Of a stretch of DNA of 64,000 nucleotides, positions 38,480-51,999 are shown piece by piece. Position 1 is the first letter of the stretch. The number at the start of each line of letters is the position of its first letter. A program made the position numbers and the translations under genes. Origin of the DNA: Camelus ferus (lineage: Eukaryota). The stretch covers positions 77,440,001-77,504,000 of the forward strand of contig NC_045696.1 in the NCBI RefSeq assembly GCF_009834535.1, given 5' to 3'. Under the pieces are notes generated by a model. That model had not been told where the DNA came from, did not search any database, and was given only the letters and a program-made list of their open reading frames with translations.

Positions 38480-40780
38480 CTGTGAACCGCGCTACCAGCC
38501 AGTCCGAAGTCTCCTTCGTGCCGCTCCAAATCTCCACTCCAAACACCAAAGGTAATTAATAACTTGGCTTCAGTGTCGCAGCTTAGTTTTTACCTGCCTT
38601 TGACCTTTATATAAAAAGAATACAGTATGTCTGTCTTCACGATCTTTCCCTCGGTATTGTGTTAATAAGATTAATCCATGCTGTTTTATGTTATCATGGC
38701 TTGTCATTATCATTGAAATACATAGGGTTTTACTGTTGGAATATGTCCCAGTGTATTATTCATTCTATCATGGATAGACATTTGGGTGTTTTCTAGTTTA
38801 GAATGATTACAAAAATGATATAAATAATGTTTTACATGTATTTTGGTACACATGTGCATTCACTCTTTTGGATTACTAATTAGAAATGAACTTTCTGGGT
38901 GCAAATGCTCAGCTAAAGCTGATTATGTCAAATAGCTTTACAAAATAGTTCTTTCCACCCTCACTAGCAGCGTATGAGATCCTTTAACTTCTTATCCTGA
39001 GCAATATTTGGCGTTGTCAATCTTAATTTTAGCCATTGTAGTGGTATGTGGAAGTATAAAAATTTGAACTTCATTTATATTTCCCTTCTTAGCAATGAAG
39101 CTGAAAACTTGCAAATTTTTATTAACCATATGGATATTCTAGTTGTGAAGTACATGTTCAAGTTTGTTGCGTATTTTTGTATTGAATTGCCAATCTTTCC
39201 TCACTGAAGTGTGGCAGTTGGTTGTATATCCTTGGCTGAAACTGTTAGATACATAAATTTCAAATAGCTTCTCTTACTTTCTGACTGGTTTCTTTATCCT
39301 CTTCCTTTAATTAACTTTTTGACTAAACATTTTTATTTTGAGATAATTGTACATATATCTATGAAATTGTAAGAATAGATAGTCCATGTACCTGCACAGT
39401 TTCCCCCAATGGTAACACCTTGAAAAAGTCTAGAATAATAACACCATTAGGATTTTGGCACAGATCCAGTCAAGATACAGAATATTTCCATCTACCACAA
39501 GGATCCCTAATGTTGCCCTTAAGTAGCCACACCCTCATTTTCCCTCCCTCAACCCCCTCCTTAACTACTGGCAACAATCTTTTCTCCACTTTTATTATTT
39601 TGTCACTTTAAAAATGTTATATAAATGGGATCATATACTATGCAACCTTTTGAGTTTGGCTTTTTTCATACAGTACAGTTCTCTGAATATTCATTTAGGT
39701 TGTTGTGCATCATGGTTCCTTTATTTTTATTGCTGACTGGCATTCCGTGGTATGGTTGTACCACACTCTTATTTTTTAAACCATTAACCCATTGAAAGAC
39801 ATCTAAGTTGTTTCTAGTTTGGGGATATTAAAAGTAAAATTCCTGTAAATATTCCTCTACGAGTTTTGTGTGTTTGTTTGTTGGGAAGGTAAATATTCAT
39901 TTCTCTGACGTGAATACCCAGGAGTGAGTTTACTGAGTTATATGCAGTTGCATGTTTAGTTTTTTAAGGAAATTGCCAAATTGTTTTCCAGAGTGGCTAT
40001 ACCGTTTTATATTCCTACAACAGTGAATAATTGATCTTGTTTATCTGCATCCTTGTTAGTGGTATGTGTTTTGCCAATATTCTTTTTAGTTTTTCTAATA
40101 GATATACAGTAATATCTAATTGTGGTTTTAATTTGCATTTCCCTAGTGGCTAATGATGTTGCCTATGTTTTAATGTGCTTATTTGTGCTTTGTATACTAC
40201 CTTTGGTACAATATTTCTTGATGTCTTGTAGCTTATTTTGTATATCTTTTGCTTTATTTTTTACTGTTGAGTTTTGAGAGTTCTTTGTATATTTGAGATA
40301 CTTTACTAGTCCTAGTCAGGTTTGTGGTTTGACAATATTTTCTTCCATTCTAAAGCTTCCCTTCTCATCCTATTAACAGGGTCTTTTCCCGAGAAAAAAT
40401 TTACAATTTTGATGAGGAGCAATTTATCAATATTTCCATTTGTGAATCACGCTTTTGATGCCAAGTCCAAGAACTCTTTGCCTAGCCCTAAGTTTTAAAG
40501 ATATTTCTTTCTTTTTCCTAAAAAGTTTTATAGTTCTATGTTATATGTTTAAGTCCACAGCCTTTTTGCATAGGGTTTGAAAACTAAGTTAAGGATGGTT
40601 TCTTCCCCCTGTGGATGTCCAGTTGCTTTAGTACCATTTGTTGAAAAGGTGATCTTTCCTTCATTGAATTACTTAGTTAGCTTTGTCAAATATCAATTGG
40701 AATGTTTGTATGAGTCTGTTTCTGGGTTCTCTGTTTGGTTCTAGTGATTTATGTATCTTTTCCTCTACCCAAAACACAAC
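38480..40780 (-). mobile_element. Antisense old L1 fragments (L1ME-type to about 39300, then L1MC/MB-type)
   Basis: 'tggatagacatttgggtg', 'aaattgccaaattgttttccagagtggctatacc', 'taatttgcatttccctagtggctaatgatgtt'. Confidence 0.85.
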
Positions 40781-40781
40781 A

Positions 40782-41149
40782 AAGTCGAGGTTTCTTTAGG
40801 GCTGGCTTCTTCCAGAGGCTCCAGGAGAGAATCTATCTCCTGCCTCTTCAGACTTCTGGTGGCTGCCAGCACTCCTTGGTTTGTGGCTGAATTACTCCAA
40901 TCTCTGCTCTCATTGTCACATTGCTTTCTCTACTTCTGTCATCAAAGTTTTCTCTGTATCCATCTTGTAAAGACACTTGGGTTTACATTTAAAGACCCCC
41001 TGAATAATCCAGGGTGAGTTATAATAATCCAGTTCAAGACAGTTAACTTAAGCACATTTGCAAAGTCTCACTTGCCATATATGGTAACAACTCAGTTTCC
41101 AGGGATCAGAATCTGGATATCTTTGACGGTTATTATTCAATCTACCATA
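40782..41149 (-). mobile_element. MLT1C/D-like MaLR LTR (partial)
   Basis: 'agaggctccaggagagaatc', 'ttctggtggctgccagcactccttgg', ends 'attcaatctaccata'. Confidence 0.8.
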
Positions 41150-41199
41150 TGGAACATGATTTCTTATTTGTTATTATGATTTGTTACCATGATTTGTTA

Positions 41200-42655
41200 T
41201 GGTCAGCTCATTTTGAGTGTGCAATTCAATGATTTTTAGTAAATCTGCAATAGTACAACCATAAGCACAATTTAATTAGAGCATTTCTTTTACTCCAAGA
41301 GGAAACTTTATGCCAGTTTGCAGTTACTCTTTCTTCTGCTCCCAGTACCAGTCACTAACTTACTTTCTGACACTATAGATGTGGCTATTTCTTATATGAG
41401 CATTTATTGCATACAAATGGAATTACATATATTATTTTGTGTCTGGCTTCTTTCCCTTCATTTTGAAGTTAATTCATGTTGTATTATGTTTCAGTAGCCT
41501 GTCCTTTTTATTGATGAAGTATATTCCATTGTGTAGATTGATTACATTTTGTCCATCCCATTCACCGTTGATAAACAGGTATAGTTTTCACTGTTTTCCC
41601 ATTATTTAAAATGCTCTTTTCAAACCCTTGTGTACAAGTCTCTGTATGGACATATAGTCTCATTTCTTAGAAATCTAGGGATGGTTTTGCTGGGTCATGT
41701 GTTAATATGTGTTTAACATTTTTAAAAACTTTCAAGCTATTTTCCAAAGTGGCTGGAACGTTTAACGTTCCAGTGAGCAATGTATGAGGGTTCTGGTGTC
41801 TCCACGTCTTTGATAAGACAGGTTATCCCTTGTCTTTTTTATTATAGCCATTTTACAGGGTGTGGTTTTAATATGCATCTCCTTAATGGCTAATGACGTT
41901 GGGCATCTTTTTATGTGCTGATTAACCATCTTATATACTATTTTGTGAAATAGCTATTCGGGTATTATCCCCAGCATCTGGGTCTGCAGGGCTGGAACAG
42001 GCTAGGAGCCTGGTTTCAAGGAAGGCAACCTGGAGGCTGGGGCCACAGGGTTGACCTAGAACTGGGGCAAACCTGGAGCTGTGGGCGGCCTGGAGGTTAA
42101 ATCTGTAGGGGTCAGCCTGGTGCTGGGGTGGATCAGGGCTCAGGGGCTGTAGTAGCTGACTTGGCACTGGGCTTGGCCAGGAGACTGGGTTTATAGGTGC
42201 CTACCTGGAACCTGTGTTCCTGTGGGCTGATGAGAAGGCTTGGCCACAAAAGCCACCCAGAGCCATAGGAGTTGTCCAGTGCTGGGATGTGTTGAGACTC
42301 TCTCTGTGTTCACAGGAGGAGGGAGCCACCTAGGGCCACAGGAGTTGGCATGGTGCTGGGGCATGCCAGCTCTGAGGTCCATGATGAAGTCGGCACTCAC
42401 TTCATCCCTCTCCTGCGAGGAGGATGTGACCTGGGCTTGGGGAAAGGTTGATCAGGGTAGTGTGGCTATCTTTCCTATTCTCCTCAATGCATCTTTTCTT
42501 ATTTTATGCTTCACCCAGGTGCTATAATTCCTCACCTGGAATCCTTGGATCTTGTATAGGTATTTTCCGGTGTAGATAGTATTCAAATTGATGTTTCTCA
42601 GAGGGGACCAGAGCTAGACATTCCTATGCCACTACTGTGCTGACATCATTCCTCT
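41200..42655 (-). mobile_element. L1MB-type 3' part (41200-41960) joined to a GC-rich L1M 5'UTR with degenerate tandem repeats (41965-42655)
   Basis: 'gcaatgtatgagggttc'; repeated 'cctggaggctgggg/cctggagctgtggg/cctggtgctgggg' units; end 'cctatgccactactgtgctgacatca'. Confidence 0.7.
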
Positions 42656-43641
42656 GCTAAAATTTTCTAAATGAAAGACTTCATTTCACAATCAGCGATA
42701 GCTGTTAAAAATATTTGTAACTATTTAGGCAATATCATGAAACCGCAAAGCTGAAGACACCTGCATTAAAGTCCACATGCCAATCACATTCACATTCCAT
42801 TCAAACTCCTTTAGAAGTTTCCAATAGCAGCTGAAGTGAAAAAGAGTTTCCTTGTGCCACTAATTTCCCATATCTTAGTGTAGGGTACTGAGTATCATCT
42901 TCAGAAAGATAGAGGCCATGCATTTCTAAAATGTTACATAATCTCTCCTTGAAATCACATTTTGCTTCCCTAAATGGAGAACATTATAGATAAACCTCAT
43001 GAGACTTAGGAATTCTGACCATTTTTCATATTTAAAGAAAATTTTCTTGTTATTTCTAAATCAATGTTTACAAATTGATTCATATGGTTAAGTAAAGCAG
43101 TGGGATTTGTGATCATATAATCAAGCTAACTTTCATTTTTATTCTGTATATACCTTTGTGATGAACTCACATAGGGCTACAGACTTTACACATATAACTG
43201 GCTGATAGTGTCCTGACAATTTGCCTGCAAGGTATATACTATTGCCATCTTATAGCTGAAGACACTGCTCAAAGTTATACAAGAGCTACCTTAATTAGTA
43301 TATTATTCTGCATTTCCCTCAAAAAATGTAAAGACAAGCCCAATTATCATATCTTGTTAAACATGAAATAGGTAAAATTATTTACAGTGATTGATAAACA
43401 CTTTGAGATCATACATTCCTTACCCAAAATAAACGTACTTAATACAATTTCTTAACATAAAGAATATAATCTAAGGACAATATACCAGGGAAATTTAATA
43501 GTTTTAACCAATTAGATATTTTAAAGTAAAATTATATATTATCTAATAGTCTAATAATTCAAATCAATTAATAATAATTATGCTTATTATACTTTGAATG
43601 TATACTTCCATGATTCCTCAACATATTAATTACTAATAAGA

Positions 43642-43859
43642 TGTTATGGACTGAATGACAGCTCCCCAAAATTCAAATGTGAGGCTTTAACCCTCAATGT
43701 CACTGTAATTGGAGATAGTCGTTAAGGAAGTTATTACGATTCCATGAGTTCTAAGGGTGAAGCCTTGATCCAGTAGAGGTGGTTTCCTTATAAAAAGAAA
43801 GACACACCAGAGATCTTTCTCTCTCTGCACACACCGAGGAAAGGACATATGAGGACACA
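43642..43859 (+). mobile_element. MLT1A/B-like MaLR LTR 5' half
   Basis: Starts 'tgttatggactgaatg...ccccaaaattcaaatgt'; 'ccttataaaaaga' and 'atgaggacaca'. Confidence 0.8.
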
Positions 43860-43904
43860 AGATGTTGCTAATTTGGTTACCTTAAAAAAATCATTTTGAC
43901 ACAA

Positions 43905-45291
43905 TCACTCCTCCATTTCTCTGCTCCTCTTGACAACTAAATAACTTGAAAGAATTGTCAGTTTTTTCCCTCTTCCTTTCCTCTCTGTCCTTTGTCCATT
44001 GAATCCGCTTCACTGTTGATTTTGCCCCTAGTGGTCCATTAAACTTGTCCTTATCATGACAGCAATGACTTCTACATTGCTAAATCCAGTACTCAGTTAA
44101 TGGCTGTCATAATACTTGACCTGTTAACAGTTGATCTGCCTTCCTCCTAAGAACACTTTTCCCCTTTTTTCAGTTGGCTTCCTAAAACTACAAAATTATG
44201 GTTCTCTTCCTGCCACTCCTAAGGCCAAACTTTGGAGTACCCTGTACTCAGTCCCTGGCCCTCTTAGTTTCCCTATTTGTGTCACTTCACAGGTTTTCCC
44301 ACTCAGTTGCATACATTTATATGTCACTCATATGCTAGTGATTCCAAATGTATATCTCTAGCCTGGGTCTCTCCCCTGAATTTGAGTCCCATGTATCTCT
44401 GACTACCTACTCAGAATTTTGGATATCACATAGATTTCTGAAAGCCGGCATGTCCATTACCTTACCCCTCCAAGCTCACTTTATTACCATCCTGATTCCA
44501 GGTAATATCAGATTAATCTTTCCAGTTAGAGGTCAAAAAGCCTGAAGCCATCTTTGAATCTCTTTCTCTCACACCCCAATCCAACCCAGTAGTCAGTCAA
44601 CCACATTGGCTTTACCACTTCTTAGCACCTACATTTCTCTATCCTGGTAGAAATCACCAACCAGCATTATGCTAAGAGCTTCTTGATTTCCCTGATCCTA
44701 ACTTTCACACCTACCATCTATTTCTAGACAGCACAAAGGTAATTTCCTTTAAATCAGAATTTAACCATATCACTTTTGTTTGAACTTTCCAATATCTTTG
44801 GATTTCATTCAGAAAAAGACTACATTGTCCAATGGCATAAACCCCCTACATATCCTGACCTCATTGTCTCTGCCTCCATCTACTCCTGGCCTCCTCTTTG
44901 CTCTCGCTGGCCTTCTTGCTGTTCCTTGGGTGTATCAGACCCAGGTCTTAAGATTGAGTGTTTATTATGTTTAAAATGATTCCCCCACCATGTATTTTCA
45001 TGATTCATTTCCTCACTTTCCTCTAGTACTTATCAGGGATGTGACAATTCTGTTTAAATTTGAAACCCTCCTAACACTGCACTTTTGGGTCCTTAATATA
45101 ACATATATTTCAATAAATATGCTGCAACATAATATATGATTTATTATTTATGTTCATTGAAAGTCCTCCCTCTACCTGCAATAGAGTATCAGAGGAATGA
45201 GGATTGTATACATATCCCCTGTTGTATCTCTGCCATGGTGAATGGCACCCTAGTGGGTGCCCAATAAATATTTAGTCAGTGTGTGAATGAA
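43905..45291 (+). mobile_element. L2 (L2a-like) 3' portion
   Basis: 'caatgacttctacattgctaaatccag' and 'gtatatctctagcctgggtctctcccctgaa'; 3' end 'caataaatatttagtcagtgtgtgaatgaa'. Confidence 0.85.
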
Positions 45292-46964
45292 AATCCTCAG
45301 CTTCATCATCAATAATATAGAGATGATTTATGCCTCAGCTTTCTCTCCAGATAAAACAAGTGTTCTTCTCTAGATGCAAAATGTCATACAAATGAGTGAC
45401 AGTAGTACATTCCTCAATAACTGTAATGTAACCCTCTGAAGTAACTTATTTTCTCATTAGACCAAAAATACATCATAGATGTATATGGTAAAATGCAAAA
45501 GACTAAAATAAATAACTTACTCTTCAAAGATTTTTCCAAACACTATTTACTTTCAAATGTTGAAAATCATAGTTTTAATGAGCTTAATGAATGGAATGAG
45601 GTTATCCTTCAAGAGAGAAATGTGGTCAATAAGAATTTCATTCCAAATATAGTAAAATTAGACATTCTTTCTTCAAAATTATTTTGTTGTTTTGTACCTT
45701 CTCTCTCCTTGTTCCTGCTTTTATTTATATGCCAGGACCAAACAAACCTACTCACTATGATATTCTTACCTTCAGAATTACTGAAGAATAGGTGAATATC
45801 CTAAGCCATGTAGTTTTTTTCTCTTTAGGAAAAAAGAGAAAGCTTTTAAGCCTTGAAGTAAAGATATACATTTTTCGACAGCGTTAGAATCCACTTTAGT
45901 ATTGCCAGTAATAGCTTCAATTATTTTCTTAAAGTCTGTAAAGATTTCTCAAAGTACAGCTAATGCACTTAGGCTAAAGTCATGTCTAAATGTATAAAAG
46001 AGCCAGTTGAAGGCTATAGGCAAAGCTCAATTTAGTATGTGAAGATGAGTATTTGGCAAAAAAGTTGTGACAATGGATATACTGAGGAAGATGAAAGAGT
46101 AGTCACTGAGTAGCACAGTTTTAATGAACTGACCTAGAGTCTAAAAAGACAATTAGAGTCATAATTAGAGAACAGTAATTCATACCTGAAATTATATGTG
46201 AATACCCTACAGTAAGGTGCTGGAGTTTTCTGCTGAATCGATACAGTACTTTAAATGTAATCCAGTATTCACTGTTTTCAGGGAGCAAGACAGGAACTTA
46301 AACTTACCATCCCTCAAAGGCAGCACTGACTGTGAGACATCCCCTGTGTAAAGAACACATCTTTAAAAGCAAAGAGTTTTAGCTCCCAGATATTAGCAAC
46401 TAAAGGTAACAGTAGGACATTGGCCTGTTCCTTCTACCCTCCAAATATAATACTTTCTGCTGCAGAGTATCTTAAAAACCCAATGAGACAGCTTTAAAGT
46501 TGGCCACAGTTTAAAAATATCCATTTTCATAGGGCAGGCTCATTTAGCGGACACCATACGTCATATCATGAATTAGAGAAATCCTGGTTGTTTCCCCTGA
46601 AATCCCTTCAGCCTAACATGAAGTTCGCTCTGGCACCAGGTCATTCCTCGGAACTCTAAGGATCTCAAAGAATGTGCAGGCTGTTTGGGGCAGCAAATTA
46701 CTACTAGCAGTTAATGGAGACACCACCGAATTTTCATACCTGAAATACACATATTGAAGAGTTAGATTTTGCTTTTAACTTATCCTTCACATCCAGGTGG
46801 TTTTTTGTTTCTTCTCTCCTAGTCCTACTCTCCAGTCCATTCTGCCAAATACACAGTTCCTTCATTAAGCCAACATTGACTGAATGCCTACTGTGTGCAA
46901 GGCACAAAGATGAATAAATCACAGGGCATCTGGTCTCACGGAGATTCTTTATCAATGCCCTGTA

Positions 46965-47200
46965 ACTGCTGCTTACTGAGCACTTCACACTGTGTTCACT
47001 GTTCTTGGTGATTCTCTCATCTAAAGCTCACAACAACCTGTGGGTGTAGGCATTAGTATCATCCTCATTTTATAAATGAGAAGACAAAGGCTTATGGATG
47101 TTCAGTAACATATCCAAACTCATAAAGTCAGAAAGGTTAGGGCTGGCTTTGAGCCCAGGTTTCCTGACTCCAAAGGCAAGCCTGTCCCTGACTGTGTTAT
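46965..47200 (-). mobile_element. MIR SINE
   Basis: 'cctcattttataaatgagaagacaaaggctta' and 'ctttgagcccaggtttcctgactccaaa'. Confidence 0.8.
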
Positions 47201-48169
47201 CACACTCAACACATTGCTCATGTTGGCCCTTCTACATGTTCCCCACTTCATAGCTTCCCTGTGTTGTTTAGTTTCTCCATAAAGATGTGCCCTTTTTATT
47301 CTTGATACTGAGATGATGGTAGCTCCAGCAATGAGTTGCCTCCTCTCTACAGTAGTTTCTATTTATTTCAACTAACCAGTTCTCTTTCTACTGCTCTAGA
47401 AAATCTTTAGTCTCTGCTGGTGAATCCAGTAATTGAGTAATCACTAGCAGAGCCGCTGGTTAGGATTCCCTCAAGGGGGCAGCAAGAGGAAGGAAGGGAC
47501 GAATGGTCTTTCAGTGAGAAGGAAACTGAGGTGAGAAAGGGAGGGATGAGAAATCTGACTCAAAGTTTGGGGCAGGATCTAAAAAAGATAGATGGTTTGA
47601 GATTTTATTTGTAGTGACAATTTGGGGGTGTTCCACTGGATCTTAAGCATATCTGGCTTAGAAAGGTGAAATGGATGAAGCTGGCTTTTTTTTTTTTTTT
47701 TTTTTTTTTTTGAACAGTGACTACATTCTGTTTGTGCTAGTTTTCGGAGTCTACCTCAGAATAGACACAGAATATTAATTATCCGAGAAAGACACTAAAC
47801 ATGAATTGGTCTATTTCAGGTACTGATCATGGAGAGCCAGAGTCCCCACACCCACGTGTCTGATAGGACTCTGACACAGTCTCTGATAGGAGCAATGAAA
47901 CTCATGTGCCCAATGATCTCAGTTCCTCTCCGAACAGCTCTGTGTGAGGCAGTGACCATGCTGACTTCTTAGACTGTGCAGATGTTTCTGCCAGGCAAAG
48001 AGAATCAGAAAGGGGAAAGACTCCCGTTTGTCTTGGGAGACCACATTTGTTGGCACACAAAGAAAATGACAAAACAGTGTGCTTTAGGGGCTTGAGTTTA
48101 AGAGCCATGTTCTTTTGAGCAGACCTAGCTGTTCTGAGTTTAGACTTTAATAATAAAGTGACAATCTTG

Positions 48170-48340
48170 TTAAGATTTGCAAACTTTAGAATCTGGAACC
48201 TGGTTTCAAATCTAGTCTACACTGCTTGCTAGCCGAGTGACCTCAGTCACAGTGTTGACCACCGAAAGCCTCACCTACCCCATCCGTAAAATGAACATAA
48301 CAACTTCCTCTACTAGAATAAATGGAATAATGTAGGTAAA
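48170..48340 (+). mobile_element. MIR SINE
   Basis: 'cctggtttcaaatctagtctacactgcttgctagccgagtgacctc' and 'catccgtaaaatg'. Confidence 0.75.
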
Positions 48341-49234
48341 ACATCAGAAAGAAGGGACTCTTTCTTCTCACAGCAGACAATCAATAATAGCTCTTTTTGT
48401 TTATTTTTGGTCATAATGGCAAGTGCTAATATAATCTTTTTAAAGTTCTAATTAAAAGAAAGAGAACAGAAAAATAAAAGACCTCAATTTAGAATTCCAA
48501 AGAGTCTCAGAATTTTTTTCACCAAAGACTAGGTTTACTTTGCCTGGAGTTTGGGTAGCCACGTGAGACCAGCAGGGAAATAGACCTCAGCAACACCGTA
48601 TCAGGATGGGCTCGACTCCATGACACACATCAGATTGGTGCCGGCTCCCTCAGGGCAGGGACCCCCCTCAGGGATATTCACGAGGCTATTGGAATTTTTG
48701 TTGTCACCAAGCTGAGTTAGTTACACATACACACAGCACTCCACAGGGAAAAAAGTAAAATCTTTGCTTTTTGACAAGAAAAGAGGAATGATGTTAAATC
48801 TTTGCTAGTTCCACTTAAATTAAGACACAGTCCTCACAGCCCCCTGTTCTCCAAGCTATAAAGCCTTCCACCCTCTGCCAGGAATGCTTATGAATTGTGA
48901 CTCATCTTGTAGCACCCATTAGCGGTCTTCAGTGCTAAATTGGTGCTTTCAACATAATGAGTGCCTTTTGAGCCTGTGAGAGAGCAGCCACTTTCCCTTC
49001 CGCTTAGAAGTGAGCTGGAGGAGTTTCTGTTGTTGTTGAGTTTTACCGTCTTACCTGAGCTACCAGAGAGCCCTCTGCAAAGACTCTGCCTGTAACTGCT
49101 GCTGAGCAGCATGTAACTGAAACAGTCTTAACACTTTAATCTTCATCCCCACATCAGCGCAAATAATAATTATTTCAATTCATATTTCAGCTTCATCCAA
49201 AGAATGTAAAGGCTTGACAGACTTCAGTTTATTA

Positions 49235-49797
49235 CAGTAGTCTTCCCTTTTTTCCACAGGGGATACATTCCAATTTTAACAACAATAACTAATAAAAAGT
49301 AATAATAGAACAAGTATAACAATACAGTATAATAAAAGTTATGTCAATGTAGTCTTTATCGCTCTCAAAATATCTTATTATAATTTACCCTTCTTTCTGT
49401 GATGATGTGAGACGCTTACCTGAATGCCTACATGATGAGATAAAATGCCTATGTGATGAACTGAAATCAAGTGAAAGACATGGGCATTTGTGACATAGCA
49501 TGAGGTTACTATTGACCTTCCGACTACACATTAGAAAGAGGATCATATGCTTTGGGTGATACTGGTTCCCCCAGCATGATGATGTTAATGGTTGGATGTT
49601 AGGAGCAGATGATGTTGATGGTTGAGGATCCCAGGCAAGACAGAACAGCACAGTGGGGGTTTCATCATGCTACTTAGAACAGTGTGGCACACAATTTAAA
49701 ATTTATGAATTGTTTAGGTCTAGAATTTTCCATGTAATATTTTCAGACTGTACTTGACTGCAAGTAACTGAAGCCACAGAAAGAGAAACGATGGATG
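49235..49797. mobile_element. MER44-like Tigger (TcMar) non-autonomous element
   Basis: TA|cagtagtc start; 'aataaaagttatgtcaatgtagtc', 'ctcaaaatatcttatt', 'tatgaattgttta...gaattttccat...gtaactgaagccacagaaag'. Confidence 0.8.
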
Positions 49798-51999
49798 TAT
49801 ATATATATTGCATCTGGTAGGTGATCAGCATCAAAGTGAGAAACGGGGCTATCGGGGACTGAAAATTTGATACTGATTGATGCAATAAAATGGAGTTGCA
49901 CCTTTGAAGGGTGTAGAAACTTGCTGTCAGTACTAGTTTAATATCAGAACCCTTCTATAAATGAAATTACAAAGTATTTTCTGTTATTTTCTTTAAATGA
50001 TTCTATACTATCATTGAATATGTTTTTGATGATAGTTTTCCTAAAAAATTAATAGGTGAGAGGGAAAGATATAAGTTCAGTGGCAACTAAGATTATAAGG
50101 GGAACTTTTTATCATCAATATTGGCATAGATTGAAAGAAAACGATGAGCAAGAGGTTCAGAAAAATAGATTAATCTGAAAGTTGCTTTCAGGAATGCTGC
50201 CAATAGAAACAGAAAATTATTTGTATGCCTAAGAATGTCATTAAACATGTGGAGGAAAAGAATATACAGTTTATGAAAAGAAAAATAAAAGAGAAGTAAT
50301 TGGTGGGGAAAAAAATCTGAATAGATAGGAGATACACCTTATATCCAAAATTGGCAAAGAAAGATGACAGTCTAGCATATACACAGTAATAGGGAAATGC
50401 AAGAGAAATGAGAGTGACAATAAAAGTAAGACACCAAAGATGGGGTGAAGAAAATTGACAAAGGAATTGTATATTAGTGAAAAATGAAATTGCTATTGAA
50501 AGTGAACAAAAGTCCGTAAATACATGTACTCATTATTTTTAGAACATTTTCTTTTTTTGGTATAAATATTGTTTCATTAACATTTCTGAAATAACAAATT
50601 TTTTTTCCTTTTTCAGTTTTATTAGGTAGAATTATTACAGTTTGGCTGCACATACGCATTGCATATAAATACATATATACAGTATACTGTACTTTTTTTT
50701 TTTTAGTTTTCATATATGTACTAATTATTTCTAAGACCAGATTAGATCTTTAGCTTTTTTAACTTACATAGCTATCAAAGGAATAAAGCCAACTATAAAA
50801 TAAAAATCAACAGAATGCAGTCATCCAATCATAAAGGACAGTCAAATGTGCTTACACATATTCAAGAAATCGATTTAAGATTTTCATTCTTAATTGCAGG
50901 CATCAAATACAGTTTAAAAAGAGTAATGTAAGGGATTTAAGAATTGTTCTGGGTACAAAATTAAATTCTAGTTCTATTTGAAAAAGGGAGCTGGAGGGAA
51001 AAGACCACTAAAAATCCTTAATGAGAAAGCAATTTGGGATTACTTGTTGAATACAATGTCAGAATCAGACATTACAGAACATTCTCAGGAACATTCTATC
51101 TACTCAGTGATAATACTTTTCTGCAACATCCAAGGTTCAAGATGAACAAATATAAAGACATTTTCCTTGTAGAGATTGTGTAAATTATAGCCATTATCTA
51201 TTGAACATACATTACTTTAGTTCCTTCATCTACTTAGTCTATTCCTAACAAAAAACAAACATTTATCTTTATTAATAGGATAGACTAAAACAGGTTAAGA
51301 AACTTGCTAAAAGCACACATTTTCAAAGGCTGGAAATCAAATCTATATCTGTGTGACCTCAGATCACTCAGTCCTTAAATATGTCTAGTTGGCAGGAGTT
51401 TGTGTAATTGGGAGAGTTATTTACACGATAGACATCACATTATTACTTCCATATCTTTCTGTTTATTCCCTCATTAACTTATATGTTTATTAGGTTTGTT
51501 CCATTTTGGAAAAAGACAGTGTAAAAATTAGTTCAAAATAGACTATAGCAAGATAAATGATAAAAATTTAAATCTCTCCAGGTAAGTTGTAGGTTTCTTA
51601 AAATCATTTTCTATTCCTTTGTCTATTTCTTTAATAGTATAAAATGCAGAATATTGCTTCCATCAGTACTCACTGAATAAATTATACTGGTCATTCTAAT
51701 TAAATTTCCAAAGCCTGCCATATACAGAACTAATAAAATTGATCTCTAGAGATTATAAAAATAAATAATAATAAGCCTCAGAGAGAGAGATAGGAGGATT
51801 GCAGAATAGTGAAAAACTAATAAAATAAACACACTTGATACATTAATAATTGGTAGCATTTATTGACCTTTACTTTGTTCCCAGCATTGTTCTAAGGGTT
51901 TTATGCAGATTAACCTCTTTTTTATACCCTGTGAAGAATTAGGTCAATCATTAATATTACTAAATGACCAATATTCAAGCTTTTTTTAAAAAAAAAATA

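Larger units (their letters stand above)
45770..49116 (-). pseudogene. Candidate decayed exons 49055-49116, 46560-46739 and 45770-45822
   Basis: Donors CAG|gtaaga, GAC|gtatgg and AAG|gtaaga with tttcag/tttcag/taaag acceptors; the phase-compatible join has one TAG per exon. Confidence 0.3.

Noticed and set aside
41965..42250. Degenerate GC-rich repeats as a CRISPR-like or novel array
   Set aside because: The units are irregular with no constant repeat-spacer structure, and they fit the tandem repeats of an old L1M 5'UTR.
46959..49103. Identical 15-mer cctgtaactgctgct at 46959 and 49089
   Set aside because: A 15-mer match is expected by chance about once or twice in 64 kb.
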